The notes under the pieces are model-generated. The model saw only the letters and a program-made list of their open reading frames with translations, ran no database searches and was not told the DNA's origin. From the NCBI GenBank assembly GCA_052168235.1, contig JBQLZK010000040.1, positions 1 to 64,000 on the forward strand: a stretch of DNA of 64,000 nt, given 5' to 3'. This document shows positions 18,765 to 29,024 of this stretch, one piece after another (the stretch's first letter is position 1; the number at the start of each line of letters is the position of its first letter). The position numbers and the translations under genes were made by a program. This DNA is from Thainema sp. (lineage in GTDB: Bacteria > Cyanobacteriota > Cyanobacteriia > Phormidesmidales > Phormidesmidaceae).

Positions 18765-21494
18765 ATGGCAGAGCACATCCAATCGAACCAAGCCGAAATT
18801 CTGGATCTCTTCCTGAAGTATGCGCCCTGCGGTGTTGCGATGTTCGATCGCCAGATGCGCTATCTGATGGCTAGCCAACGCTGGGTTGATGATTACCGAC
18901 TAGAATCGGTTGAGTCTATTATTGGGCGATCGCACTACGATATTTTTCCCGAGATTCCAGAATCGTGGAAGCAGACTCATCAACGTTGTCTAACAGGTAC
19001 GATTGAAAAATACGAGGTCGAACGATTCGAACGATTAGATGGCAGTGTTCAGTGGATTCGCCGGGAAGTGCATCCCTGGTATCAAACCAACCAGGAGATC
19101 GGCGGCATTATTATCTTTTCAGAAGACATCACTAAGCGGAAACAAGCGGAAATTGCGTTACAAAAAAGCCAGCGCCAGCTTCAGCAGCAGCTAGCAGAAA
19201 TCGAGACGATCTATCGATCTGCGCCCATTGGCCTAAACGTTGTGGATACTGAGTTGCGCTTTGTGCGGATCAATCAGCGGTTGGCAGAAATCAATGGGTT
19301 GCCAGTAGACGCTCATATTGGCCGAACCATTCGAGAGCTACTGCCCGATCTGGCCGATGCGGCTGAACAACTCTTACGCCCGATTTTGGCAACGGGTGAA
19401 CCGTTGCTCAATGTTGAAATTAGCGGTGAAACTCCAGCTCAACCGGGTGTGCAGCGGACGTGGTTAGAAAGTTTTTTACCTCTCAAAGAGGGTGATCAGG
19501 TGATTGGAATTAGTACCGTTTGTGAAGAGATTACGGAGCGCAAGCGGATCGAAGCCGAACGTCAGCAAGCAGAAGAGGCACTCCGGCAAATTAAGGAAGA
19601 ACTCGAAAGCCGAGTGGCAAAGCGTACGGCAGAACTGCAACAACTCAACCTTGACCTGCAAGAGAGCGAATCGACTCTGCGCAGTTTCTTCAACAGCGGC
19701 GGTATGATGATGGCCATTGTGGAACTGCATGATAACGATATTCGATATATTTCGGCTAACCATACAACCGCTGAGTTTTTAGGTACGACACCCAAAGCAC
19801 TACAAAACCGATTTGTCAGTGAAATCGACAAATCTCCAGCAGCGGTTCAACACTGGCTAGACTGCTACCGACAAGCCCAGTTGTGTCAGGCTCCTGTCCG
19901 GTTTGAACAGTATTACGATGACCGGGATAGACCTGGCTGGTTCTCGATCAGTATTTCTCCCATTACCGTCAGCATCAGTGGACGCCCCCGATTTTCGTTC
20001 ATTGCTAAAGATGTTACCGATCGCAAACTGGCCGAAGCTGCGATCGCAAGTCGTGAAGAACAGCTACGGTTAACGCTGGAGTTTAACCATATTGGGCTTT
20101 GGGACTGGAATGTGCGGACGGGAGAAATCATTTGGAATGATAACCATTTTCGGCTGCTGGGATTAGCACCACAGTCCCTTACCGTTTCTGTTGATGAACT
20201 CTACCAACTCTGGCTCGATGCCATTCATCCAGAAGATGTCCAGCGAGTGGAGCAAACCTTGCTGACGGCGCTGAATCAGCATCAGGATTACGAAACCGAA
20301 TATCGGGTGGTTTATCCTGACGGCACCATTCATTGGCTGGTGGGCAAGGGCCGAGGCGTGTATGATGCCGATGACCAACCCTTGCGCATGTTGGGTGTGA
20401 TTATCGACGTTAGCGATCGCAAATTGGCGGAGCAGCAGTTAGAGCTACAGGCCGTAATTACGCGCAATATGGCAGAAGGAATTTGTCTGGTCAGTGCAGA
20501 TGATGCCCGCATCGTTTACGCCAATCCCAAATTTGAGCAGATGTTTGGCTACGAGGGTGGGGAGCTTAACGGTCAGCACGTTTCAATTGTGAATTATGCA
20601 ACTGAGATCGTCAGCGCCGAAGATGTCAATCAAGCGATTCGTTCAGCGGTTCTCGCTGAGGGTGAAGCGACCTACGAAGTGCATAACGTCAAGAAAGACG
20701 GCACGCCATTCTGGTGCAGTGCGACCACTTCGGTGCTGGATCACCCTGAATATGGTCGCGTCATGGTGGCCGTGCATCAAGACATCACCGAGCGCAAGCA
20801 AACACAGGAACAGGTCGAAACGTCACTCAAAGAGAAAGAGGTCTTGCTCAAAGAAATTCACCACCGGGTGAAAAATAACTTGGGCATCGTCAGCAGCCTC
20901 TTGCAAATGCAGGCCCGCCGCACTCTTGATGCCCAAGCGTATGCCGTGCTGCGCGATAGCCAAAACCGGGTGCATTCCATCGCTTTGGTACATGAGAAGC
21001 TATATCGGTCGAAAGATCTGGCCAATATCAACTTTACGCAGTACATTCAAGACCTGACGGTTTATTTGTTTGATGCCTACAACATTAACGCCCAGCACAT
21101 TGAGCTGAGTCTACAGGTTGAGGAGATTGGTTTAGATATCGATACGGCTATTCCCTGTGGCCTAATCATCAATGAACTGGTTTCTAATGCCCTGAAATAC
21201 GCCTTTCCAGATGGACGCACAGGTGAAATCCAGATCAAGTTCTATCAAGCCGCTGCGTCCGATCTCTCATCGTCCGAACCCGCTGCCTCGTCTGCAGCTA
21301 CTCCGTCTCATCGCTTTACGCTGATTGTTCGCGACAATGGCATTGGATTACCCGCCGATCTCGATATTCAGACAGCGAAAACCCTTGGCATGATGTTAGT
21401 GCAGGGGCTGGTGAAGCAGATGCAGGGATTGCTAGAGATCAACAATCACCAGGGCACTGAGTTCAAAATTTCCTTTAAAGAGACAAAAATATAG
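18765..21494 (+). CDS. Multi-PAS sensor histidine kinase (HisKA_2 type)
   Basis: Several PAS/PAC repeats; LLKEIHHRVKNNL; INELVSNALKYAF; DNGIG. Confidence 0.93.
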   Translation: MAEHIQSNQAEILDLFLKYAPCGVAMFDRQMRYLMASQRWVDDYRLESVESIIGRSHYDIFPEIPESWKQTHQRCLTGTIEKYEVERFERLDGSVQWIRREVHPWYQTNQEIGGIIIFSEDITKRKQAEIALQKSQRQLQQQLAEIETIYRSAPIGLNVVDTELRFVRINQRLAEINGLPVDAHIGRTIRELLPDLADAAEQLLRPILATGEPLLNVEISGETPAQPGVQRTWLESFLPLKEGDQVIGISTVCEEITERKRIEAERQQAEEALRQIKEELESRVAKRTAELQQLNLDLQESESTLRSFFNSGGMMMAIVELHDNDIRYISANHTTAEFLGTTPKALQNRFVSEIDKSPAAVQHWLDCYRQAQLCQAPVRFEQYYDDRDRPGWFSISISPITVSISGRPRFSFIAKDVTDRKLAEAAIASREEQLRLTLEFNHIGLWDWNVRTGEIIWNDNHFRLLGLAPQSLTVSVDELYQLWLDAIHPEDVQRVEQTLLTALNQHQDYETEYRVVYPDGTIHWLVGKGRGVYDADDQPLRMLGVIIDVSDRKLAEQQLELQAVITRNMAEGICLVSADDARIVYANPKFEQMFGYEGGELNGQHVSIVNYATEIVSAEDVNQAIRSAVLAEGEATYEVHNVKKDGTPFWCSATTSVLDHPEYGRVMVAVHQDITERKQTQEQVETSLKEKEVLLKEIHHRVKNNLGIVSSLLQMQARRTLDAQAYAVLRDSQNRVHSIALVHEKLYRSKDLANINFTQYIQDLTVYLFDAYNINAQHIELSLQVEEIGLDIDTAIPCGLIINELVSNALKYAFPDGRTGEIQIKFYQAAASDLSSSEPAASSAATPSHRFTLIVRDNGIGLPADLDIQTAKTLGMMLVQGLVKQMQGLLEINNHQGTEFKISFKETKI

Positions 21495-21496
21495 TT

Positions 21497-23089
21497 ATGA
21501 CAAGTCGGATTGTAGAAGAGGATACGACGGTTGTTCGGATTCTGATTGTTGAAGACGAATATATTCTGGCTATTAATTTGCAAGAAACATTGGAATCAAT
21601 GAGCTATGCGGTTCTAGATATTGCTGATACAGCGGAAGATGCGATCGCAAAAGCAAATGAACTGCGCCCTGATTTAGTGCTGATGGATATCCGCCTACGT
21701 GGCGAAATGGATGGCATCCAAGCCGCTGAAGAGATTTGGAACCGACTGCAAATTCCTGTTATCTACGTCACCGGACATTCCGATAAAAGTACGGTTGAAC
21801 GGGCTACCCTTACCTTTCCCTTTGGTTACATTCTAAAACCCGTCCGCGAAAAAGAGCTGTATGTCGCAATTCAAACGGCGCTCAATCGCCACGGACGAGA
21901 GCAGTTTTTGTCAACAGTCTTGCAGGGCATGGGCGACGGAGTGGTGGTGGCTGATCCCCAGTGTCGGATTCAGTATCTCAACCCAGTGGCTGAATCACTG
22001 ACGGGGTGGCCATTGGACAATGCCACGCAACACTTAGTGACGGATGTTGTTCGGTTTATTGACGAATCAACGCAGGCTCCGCTAGATAACCCTCTTGTTG
22101 CAGCCTTGCAGCGGAATGCCACCGTTTATCTTGAAGGCCATACGCTCTTGATCAAACGGGATGGAACGACGATTCCGGTTGCTGATAGTGCGGCTCCGCT
22201 GAAAAACCTGGAGGGGGCAATCATGGGAGCGGTCATGGTGTTTCGGGATGATACCCGGCGGCGATTGCTAGAAGAGCGGAATTTAGCGACTGAACGCGCG
22301 ATGCAGCTAGAAGCTCAAATGCAGGAGCTGGAGCGACTAAATCAGCTCAAGGATGATTTTTTAGCCACCACGTCTCACGAACTTCGGACACCACTCTCTA
22401 GCATCAAACTGGCGATTTGTATGTTGGAAACGGTTTTAAAGCAGCAGGGAGCTTGCTCCTTGGATCAGCTTCCGGATTCAGAAGCCATTACCCGCTATCT
22501 GAACGTTTTGCGAGAACAGTGCGATCAGGAACTGAAGCTGGTCAATGATCTGCTCGATATGCGATCGCTGGACGCCGAAGCCTATCCGCTAGACCCCACT
22601 GTGATTCGCCTGCAAGACTGGCTGCCCCACGTGGTGGAGACGTTTCAAGTTCGTGCTCGTGCGCAGCAGCAAACGTTAACGGTTGATGTTGCCGCCGATC
22701 TGCCGCCGATCGTCACCGATGTGCCTAGCCTGACGCGCATTGTCTCAGAACTGCTCAACAATGCCTGCAAATACACACCACCGGAACACCAAATTCAGGT
22801 CATTGCTCAACTAACAGAAGCTGAATTGCCTGCTGGTGCGGCTGTCCAAATCATCATGCGCAATTCGGGAGCGAGCATTGCGAATGATCAGTTATCCTCG
22901 ATATTCGACCCGTTTTATCGCATTCCTGAGAATGACCCTTGGAAGCATGGCGGCACCGGGTTGGGGTTGGCGCTCGTGAAAAAGTTTGTTCAATATTTAA
23001 GCGGTGCGATCGCAGTTCGCAGCAACGCAGACTGGGTGACATTTACGGTGAATCTGCCGACCAACCTCGACTGTAAACCATGTTCATAG
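21497..23089 (+). CDS. REC-PAS-HisKA-HATPase hybrid kinase
   Basis: ILIVEDE..DLVLMDI; SHELRTPL; ELLNNACKY; GGTGLGL. Confidence 0.93.
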   Translation: MTSRIVEEDTTVVRILIVEDEYILAINLQETLESMSYAVLDIADTAEDAIAKANELRPDLVLMDIRLRGEMDGIQAAEEIWNRLQIPVIYVTGHSDKSTVERATLTFPFGYILKPVREKELYVAIQTALNRHGREQFLSTVLQGMGDGVVVADPQCRIQYLNPVAESLTGWPLDNATQHLVTDVVRFIDESTQAPLDNPLVAALQRNATVYLEGHTLLIKRDGTTIPVADSAAPLKNLEGAIMGAVMVFRDDTRRRLLEERNLATERAMQLEAQMQELERLNQLKDDFLATTSHELRTPLSSIKLAICMLETVLKQQGACSLDQLPDSEAITRYLNVLREQCDQELKLVNDLLDMRSLDAEAYPLDPTVIRLQDWLPHVVETFQVRARAQQQTLTVDVAADLPPIVTDVPSLTRIVSELLNNACKYTPPEHQIQVIAQLTEAELPAGAAVQIIMRNSGASIANDQLSSIFDPFYRIPENDPWKHGGTGLGLALVKKFVQYLSGAIAVRSNADWVTFTVNLPTNLDCKPCS

Positions 23090-23096
23090 GCCGCCT

Positions 23097-23200
23097 GTAG
23101 GGGCGAAGCATTCTGTAGGCACTTTTGATAAAGAATCAAACATTTCGGCAGAATGCTTCGCCCCTACGGGATGTTTCCCTGGCAGAATGCTTTGTCCCTA
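23097..23200. repeat. GTAG-type REP element plus extra half copy
   Basis: GTAGGGGCGAAGCATTCTG (23097-23115)..CAGAATGCTTCGCCCCTAC (23149-23167); degenerate repeat 23181-23200. Confidence 0.85.
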
Positions 23201-24292
23201 TGCGCCGAATCCTTTCGCTCTTTCCTTCACCTTGGGTTGCCAGACGACGATATCACCATTAGTCCCCGCTACGGCTAATTCGTCGCCTGCTGGATGCCAC
23301 GCCAAGGTTGAACAGCCACCGCTCGGTAACTTCAGCGTTTGAGCTAATGTCTTACCGTTCTGCCAAAGGGTTATGATACCGTCCTGTCCGGCAGCAGCTA
23401 GTAACAGTGAGTGGGGCTGAAATGCGATCGCGTTGACTCGCTCTCGGTGATGCTGCAAGACTCGCGACTGCCAGCCACCCGCCTCTTGCTCCCGTTCCCA
23501 CACCGTTACGCCGTCCATGCAGGCCGCTGCGATCAGCGGCGAACCCGAAATTGTCACAGGTTGCGACCAGGCGGTTTGCCGTACTTTACCCGGAAATCCC
23601 TGCATCAGCCAGGGCGGCGGACTATTCCACTCCGCAACGGTCAGCGTCCGATCCAAATTGCCAGAACCCAGATAGCGACCATCGGCTGACCAGGCCACGT
23701 GGAGACTCGCGCCCGGTACGGCAATCTGCTTCGGTTCCGCTGCCCAGTCATCACCCTGCCAGATTTTAATACCACCGTGACCGCTGACCGCCAGCAGATC
23801 TTCGGCGGGATGCCAAGCCAGATGCAGCACCGAGGAATCGGCAAACTCTAATTCGGCTTTTTGCTGAGCTTGGGCAATATCCCAAATCTGCACTTGCGAA
23901 CCAACACCATAGGCCAGGTGGCTGTGGCCGGGATGCCACGCGAGCTGGTCAATCCAGGTTCCGGTGTAGGACTGTTGCCACACAACTGGAAATCCAGATT
24001 GCCCAACTTGCCAAACGGTGACTTCTCCAGTTTGACCGCTGGCAGCTAAGTATTGACCATCGGCTGAGAAGCCCAAAGCGTTCATGGACTGATCGTCGGC
24101 AGAACGAAGTGCGATCGCACCTCCAGTATCTGCTACCGTATCCGCCACCGGAATCAGCACCACTTCCCCAACGGCTGAAGCTGCCGCCAGCCATGATCCA
24201 TCCGGCGACCAGGCTAGAGCCGTCACATAATCCGTCAGACTGTGCCGCCAAGACTTGCTGAATTTTACTGATCCTGTTTTCACGCTAGGCAC
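23198..24292 (-). CDS. WD40 repeat protein coupled to CobW GTPase
   Basis: Repeated LAWSPDG/LAWHP..W blades; overlaps CobW stop. Confidence 0.9.
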   Translation of the reverse strand: MPSVKTGSVKFSKSWRHSLTDYVTALAWSPDGSWLAAASAVGEVVLIPVADTVADTGGAIALRSADDQSMNALGFSADGQYLAASGQTGEVTVWQVGQSGFPVVWQQSYTGTWIDQLAWHPGHSHLAYGVGSQVQIWDIAQAQQKAELEFADSSVLHLAWHPAEDLLAVSGHGGIKIWQGDDWAAEPKQIAVPGASLHVAWSADGRYLGSGNLDRTLTVAEWNSPPPWLMQGFPGKVRQTAWSQPVTISGSPLIAAACMDGVTVWEREQEAGGWQSRVLQHHRERVNAIAFQPHSLLLAAAGQDGIITLWQNGKTLAQTLKLPSGGCSTLAWHPAGDELAVAGTNGDIVVWQPKVKERAKGFGA

Positions 24293-25248
24293 GCCCGAAA
24301 CCCCTGGCGGAGTTCGTCCTCATTCAAATTACGGCCAATAAACACCAGTTCACTGCGGCGCGGTTCATCCGCTTTCCATTTGCGATCGCTGCGACCATCA
24401 AAAATCATATGCACACCCTGAAATACGTAGCGATTGGTTTCTCCCGCTAAGTTGAGAATCCCCTTCATGCGAAAAATATCTGGGCCTTTGGTTTGCAGCA
24501 GGTCGCTGACCCAGGCGCTCAGCTTCTCGCTATCCAGCGGTTGCTCTTCCACAATGGCAAAGGAATAGACCGATTCATCATGCTCATGGGCATCTTCATT
24601 GAGGAACTCTGGATCAACTTCTAGCGCTCGGTCTAGGTCAAACGCTTTCACGCCCAAAATCGACTCAATCGGCAACTCCGAGTTCTGGGTGCGATAGATC
24701 TTCACCATTGCATTCATATCCAGAATGCGCCGCTCCAGCTCCGCCAGTTCCTCTTCCGTAACTAAATCAACTTTGTTCAGCAGAATCACATCAGCAAAGG
24801 CGATCTGCTCCTGCGCCTCATCGCTTTCCCAGTGCTGGTGAATATGCTTGGCATCGACGACGGTGATCACCGCGTCCAGCGCCAGTTGCGACTGAATATC
24901 CTCATCCACAAAAAAGGTCTGAATCACCGGAGCCGGATCGGCCAGCCCCGTCGTTTCAATCACCAGATGATCAAACTTGTCCCGCCGCTGCATCAGATTG
25001 CCGATAATGCGAATTAAATCGCCCCGCACTGTACAGCAAATGCAGCCGTTGTTCATTTCAAAAATTTCTTCGTCAGCATCAATTACGAGCTGATTATCAA
25101 TGCCCACTTCGCCGAACTCGTTGACGATAACGGCAACTTTTTTCCCATGCTCATAGGTCAAAATGCGATTGAGCAGCGTCGTCTTGCCTGCCCCCAAATA
25201 GCCCGTCAGAACCGTGACTGGCACTGCCGCTGTTGCTGTCGTTATCAT
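24280..25248 (-). CDS. COG0523/CobW-family metallochaperone GTPase
   Basis: GYLGAGKTT, NEFGE, GCICC, ETTGLADP, NKVD, HEHD, CobW_C. Confidence 0.95.
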   Translation of the reverse strand: MITTATAAVPVTVLTGYLGAGKTTLLNRILTYEHGKKVAVIVNEFGEVGIDNQLVIDADEEIFEMNNGCICCTVRGDLIRIIGNLMQRRDKFDHLVIETTGLADPAPVIQTFFVDEDIQSQLALDAVITVVDAKHIHQHWESDEAQEQIAFADVILLNKVDLVTEEELAELERRILDMNAMVKIYRTQNSELPIESILGVKAFDLDRALEVDPEFLNEDAHEHDESVYSFAIVEEQPLDSEKLSAWVSDLLQTKGPDIFRMKGILNLAGETNRYVFQGVHMIFDGRSDRKWKADEPRRSELVFIGRNLNEDELRQGFRACLA

Positions 25249-25456
25249 AATGCCTTTACCTATAAACCGTTGGGAAACTCACAGTTTGGAATTATCGCCA
25301 ACGCTGGATAGGTCAAAAAGTTCGGCATGGACATTTTGTCCTAGCACCTCTAGCTAGAAACACGGCACGATGAGTGTAGAACTGAGCGATTCGAATCCGC
25401 CTTGTGTATTAGAACCAGATCATAGAATCTAATGGAATACCGTAGCTTGAACTTGG

Positions 25457-25568
25457 TAAGTAGGTTGGCATAAACAAACGCATCTAGAAATAAAAAAACC
25501 GGGGGAGCGCCCCTCCGGGGCGCTCCCCCGGTTTTTTAGATGTGCATTTATTTATATGCAGTTACTTA
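25457..25568. mobile_element. Palindromic mini-element family B, copy 1
   Basis: Ends TAAGTAGGTTGGCATAAA..TTTATATGCAGTTACTTA; core AAAAAACCGGGGGAGCGCCCC-TCC-GGGGCGCTCCCCCGGTTTTTT; aligns with 34114-34216. Confidence 0.85.
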
Positions 25569-25634
25569 AATCACCAACGGATCGCAAATTCGCACAAATC
25601 TGCATAGGTTGAAATGAGGGAGAGATACACTCCA

Positions 25635-25781
25635 ATGAACCGACAACCAGACGCAAATCATGGGAGCCACTCTCACGGGGACAACTTACAGCCGCAGACC
25701 GCGATGGGTTCACAGGTCAGCACAGGCAGCCGCAATGACTCAGGTCGCCGCTCCACGCCAACAACGATGGGGTTGGCTTAA
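25635..25781 (+). CDS. Possible 48-aa leader ORF
   Basis: GAGGGAGAG upstream; MNRQPDANHGSHSHGDNLQPQTAMGSQVSTGSRNDSGRRSTPTTMGLA; stops 7 nt before next ATG. Confidence 0.3.
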   Translation: MNRQPDANHGSHSHGDNLQPQTAMGSQVSTGSRNDSGRRSTPTTMGLA

Positions 25782-25788
25782 GGTGACC

Positions 25789-27198
25789 ATGACGAACGCA
25801 TCTAAGTATTGGCGGTTTGTGCAGCTTGATGCCACGGGGCAGTGCAGCGTGATTGAAATTTCAGCCGCAAAGGCCTTCTTTCAGCAGCAGTTTCCCCACT
25901 GGAGCGATCGCGATCGCATGTCTGATTCGGACATTCAGCGTACACTCTTGTCCCAAATGCAGCAGGGCAAACCAGAGGAGCAGCGCTGGGCAGAAGGTTG
26001 TCTCCGCTGTTTTATTTCGAATCAGATCCGCCAGATTTGCCGCCAGCTCGAAGCCCAATTTGGTAGTCATCATGGTGTTAAGGCCAAAGACCTACTGCCG
26101 TTTGTGCTGGATGATGCCGCCGATCCTTGGTCGGGGCGAGAGCGTCCGACGTCGAAGTATCAATCCTTTGCTACGCAAATTTTGCAGAGCTTTGACCCGG
26201 AGCGCGGCAGCTTGTCTACCTGGACAATTCGCTTAGTGCGCAATCACCGCGAGCTGAATCGCTGCCTGCTGGAACAGGGCGTTTATATGGTCAGCGACTG
26301 GGCCATTCTCAACGACACCCGTCCGCGCCAGCTGCCGCGCATTCTGGGTGAATTTCACTCGCTGACACCGCTGGAAATTGCCAACTCGGAGCAGTTATTG
26401 CAGAGCTATCACGCCGTCTATCGACGAGATCGCATCCAGCAGCGGCAATCGGGTAATGTCGGACGCTGCACTCCACCCACCATCACCCAACTGCGCGAAA
26501 TCGCCCAGCTTCTGACCTCTCACGCCTCACCCCTGACGCCCGAACTGACGCTGGCTAAACTCCAATCTCTTGCCTCCCTGCTGCGCCAATACCGGATTGC
26601 CGTTCGGGGTGGCTCATCGCCCCTGGAATCCTTGGATCAGCCGGAAGTTGCGCGGGAAGCTAAGCGTCTGCAAGCCTCGGAATCGCCAGAAGATGAAGTG
26701 GAGTATCAGTTTCTGCAGTTCTACCGCCAGCAGTTTGAACAGTGCTTGGAACAGGTGATCGCCGAAGTGACGTGCGATCGCATTCAGTATCTCCAACGAC
26801 GCAAGTCTCCGGCTGACCAGCAGTTTCTCACGGCGCTCCAGCTTTTTCACTGTCGGGGACAGGCGATGGGCCAAATTGCCCATCAAGTAGGACTAAAGCA
26901 GCAGTACCAGGTGACGCGTCTGCTGAAGCTCAAAGAATTTCGGGCTGACATCCAGCAGCGGTTGTTTCTCTTGCTGCGCGATCGCGTTTTGGAGCAGGCT
27001 CGGCGATTCGAGACCGCGCAATCTGCCCAAACGGCCTCAACGCTTCAGCAAAATATTGAAGTCGCCATTGATCATCAACTGACCGAACTGATGCAGGAAG
27101 CGGAACTGGAGGCCAGTGCCAACCGCGACCAGCCGTTTCAAAATCTCTTCGCCCGTAAACTCTGCCAACATCTTGATACCCGGAGCCTAGCCTCATGA
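25789..27198 (+). CDS. Divergent sigma-70-like DNA-binding protein
   Basis: ILQSFDPERGSLSTWTIRLVR (region 2.3/2.4-like); ALQLFHCRGQAMGQIAHQVGLKQQYQVTRLL (region 4-like HTH); ATG 25789 with AAGGTG RBS. Confidence 0.7.
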   Translation: MTNASKYWRFVQLDATGQCSVIEISAAKAFFQQQFPHWSDRDRMSDSDIQRTLLSQMQQGKPEEQRWAEGCLRCFISNQIRQICRQLEAQFGSHHGVKAKDLLPFVLDDAADPWSGRERPTSKYQSFATQILQSFDPERGSLSTWTIRLVRNHRELNRCLLEQGVYMVSDWAILNDTRPRQLPRILGEFHSLTPLEIANSEQLLQSYHAVYRRDRIQQRQSGNVGRCTPPTITQLREIAQLLTSHASPLTPELTLAKLQSLASLLRQYRIAVRGGSSPLESLDQPEVAREAKRLQASESPEDEVEYQFLQFYRQQFEQCLEQVIAEVTCDRIQYLQRRKSPADQQFLTALQLFHCRGQAMGQIAHQVGLKQQYQVTRLLKLKEFRADIQQRLFLLLRDRVLEQARRFETAQSAQTASTLQQNIEVAIDHQLTELMQEAELEASANRDQPFQNLFARKLCQHLDTRSLAS

Positions 27199-28586
27199 AC
27201 GCATCATTCACGGATAGTTTGGATTATCACCTCCTGCCGCTGAGTGCGATCGCACTATCTGCTGAACAGTTCGCAACAGCAGCACAGCAGTGTGAGGCCA
27301 TTCCCCATCTGGATCAGCGCTGGTCTGTGTATCTGCATCAGTTGGCCCTCGCTGGCTTGACCCAGTGGCTAGAGGAGCGGGCGGCTGAGTTACCGATGCA
27401 GCTAGAACCAGCCTCGGCATGGAATCCGGCAGTGGTCAATGTTGTAGATGCCGTCTCTGGCATTGAGGTGAACGGGGTGCGGCTATGTGTGATTACCAAC
27501 GGCCAAATTGACGATGCGGTTGTGACGGTGCCTCGTGCAGTAGTAGATTTGCCCAACTTCGCGCCTCACGCTTACGTCCTGGTTGAGGTGCTAGAAGAGC
27601 AGGAGCAAGTCCGGGTTGCAGGTTACTTGCTGCGATCGCAACTCATGCAGCATCAGAGCGAGCTATCTGCTCAGCCGGACTGGACGTATCCATTACCGCT
27701 GAACTGGTTTGATGCTGATGTTGATCACTTCCTGCTCCAGCTGCGGCTCGGCCAGCTAGCCAAGCTGCCGCTACCTGCACCCATCACCGTCGCTTCAGCC
27801 GACCAAGCTGCACTGCGTCAACGACTCCAACAGTTGGCCGCTGATTGGCAAACGCAGACCATACAGCCTTGGGATCGGCTCACCTGGGCAGAAGGACAAG
27901 TCTTGCTGCAGTCACCGGAACTGCTGCAATTGCTGTACCAGTGCCAGTCTATCGAGGCGGCTGCGACAGCAACTGCTGCTACTCATACTGCAACAACTGC
28001 AACAACTGCTGTCGCAGTAGCCGAACCAATCGCCAATCAATTGCCTGCAGCGAGTCTCGCTAACCCCGTGATTAACGTTGCCAATTGGCTGCGCGATCGC
28101 TTGGATCAGGTTTCGCAGGAATTTAACTGGTTGCTGATGCCAACACTGACGCCAGCGCTCGGTATGCGATCAACTGCCACCGATCAAGGCATTGATGCGA
28201 TCGCAACAGCTCTAGATCAGCAGGGGCTTAATATTCCAGACGCAGCGCGGGGCGCTTACAAAGACCTCAAGTGGGGACGTGAGGGAATTCGGCTCTATCT
28301 CATCACCTGGCCAGTTAGCCCCAGCGATGAGACGACGCTGACTGAATGGACGATGCTAGTGGTCGCTGGTCCTCACCCCGATGTCAGCTTGCCTGAGACT
28401 CTGCGAGTTATGGTACGAGACAACGTGCAAACCCTTTCCGATCAAACTCTAGAGGCGAATCGCGAACAATATCTCTATGCCCAAGTCATCGGTGAGCAGG
28501 CTGAACAGTTCTGGGTCACAGTTGATTTTATGGACGGCACCCTAATTACGCTGCCACCTTTGACCTACCTGCCGAATGTGAATTAG
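27195..28586 (+). CDS. DUF1822 family protein
   Basis: RWSVYLHQLALAGLTQWLEER, VPRAVVDLPNFAPHAYVLVEVLEE, INVANWL; ATGA overlap with upstream gene. Confidence 0.85.
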   Translation: MNASFTDSLDYHLLPLSAIALSAEQFATAAQQCEAIPHLDQRWSVYLHQLALAGLTQWLEERAAELPMQLEPASAWNPAVVNVVDAVSGIEVNGVRLCVITNGQIDDAVVTVPRAVVDLPNFAPHAYVLVEVLEEQEQVRVAGYLLRSQLMQHQSELSAQPDWTYPLPLNWFDADVDHFLLQLRLGQLAKLPLPAPITVASADQAALRQRLQQLAADWQTQTIQPWDRLTWAEGQVLLQSPELLQLLYQCQSIEAAATATAATHTATTATTAVAVAEPIANQLPAASLANPVINVANWLRDRLDQVSQEFNWLLMPTLTPALGMRSTATDQGIDAIATALDQQGLNIPDAARGAYKDLKWGREGIRLYLITWPVSPSDETTLTEWTMLVVAGPHPDVSLPETLRVMVRDNVQTLSDQTLEANREQYLYAQVIGEQAEQFWVTVDFMDGTLITLPPLTYLPNVN

Positions 28587-28614
28587 GACAAGCATCAAGG
28601 TGGGGGAAGAGAAT

Positions 28615-28713
28615 TTTGAGTGCTGGGGACTAGGGACTGAGCACTGAGTGCTGAGGATTGGTGGGTTCTGGGTACTAGGTTCTGGGTTCTGGGTTTTAGG
28701 TTCTGGGTTTTAG
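28615..28713. repeat. STRR-like heptamer tandem repeats
   Basis: GGGACTA/GGGACTG/AGCACTG/AGTGCTG then GGTTCTG/GGTTTTA units. Confidence 0.85.
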
Positions 28714-28932
28714 TCGTTGCAGCCGTCTACAGTTCTTACAGCCTCTCGCTCCTTACTGCTTCAAACGCTAAAATCGTTTTGTAATAAGCTTTTGGGGCAA
28801 TAGTATAAGCAAACGTTACCGTCTTCGCAGTAGGGCATTAATGGGTGATCGTGAAAAAAATGCAGTTTTTTGGAAAAAGTTCTAGAAACCGGCTCGCGGT
28901 TGTGTTAATATCAATATCCGTTGGACAAACGC

Positions 28933-29014
28933 GGGTCGATGCCCGAGTGGTTAATGGGGGCGGACTGTAAATCCGCTGGCTATGCCTACGCTGGTTCGAA
29001 TCCAGCTCGGCCCA
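28933..29014 (+). tRNA. trnY: tRNA-Tyr (GTA)
   Basis: GGGTCGA..GCGGA-CT-GTA-AA-TCCGC..GGTTCGAATCC..TCGGCCCA, long variable arm. Confidence 0.98.
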
Positions 29015-29024
29015 TGCGCGTCCC

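Noticed and set aside
28615..28713. Repeat tract as CRISPR array
   Set aside because: Contiguous heptamers, no spacers, no cas genes
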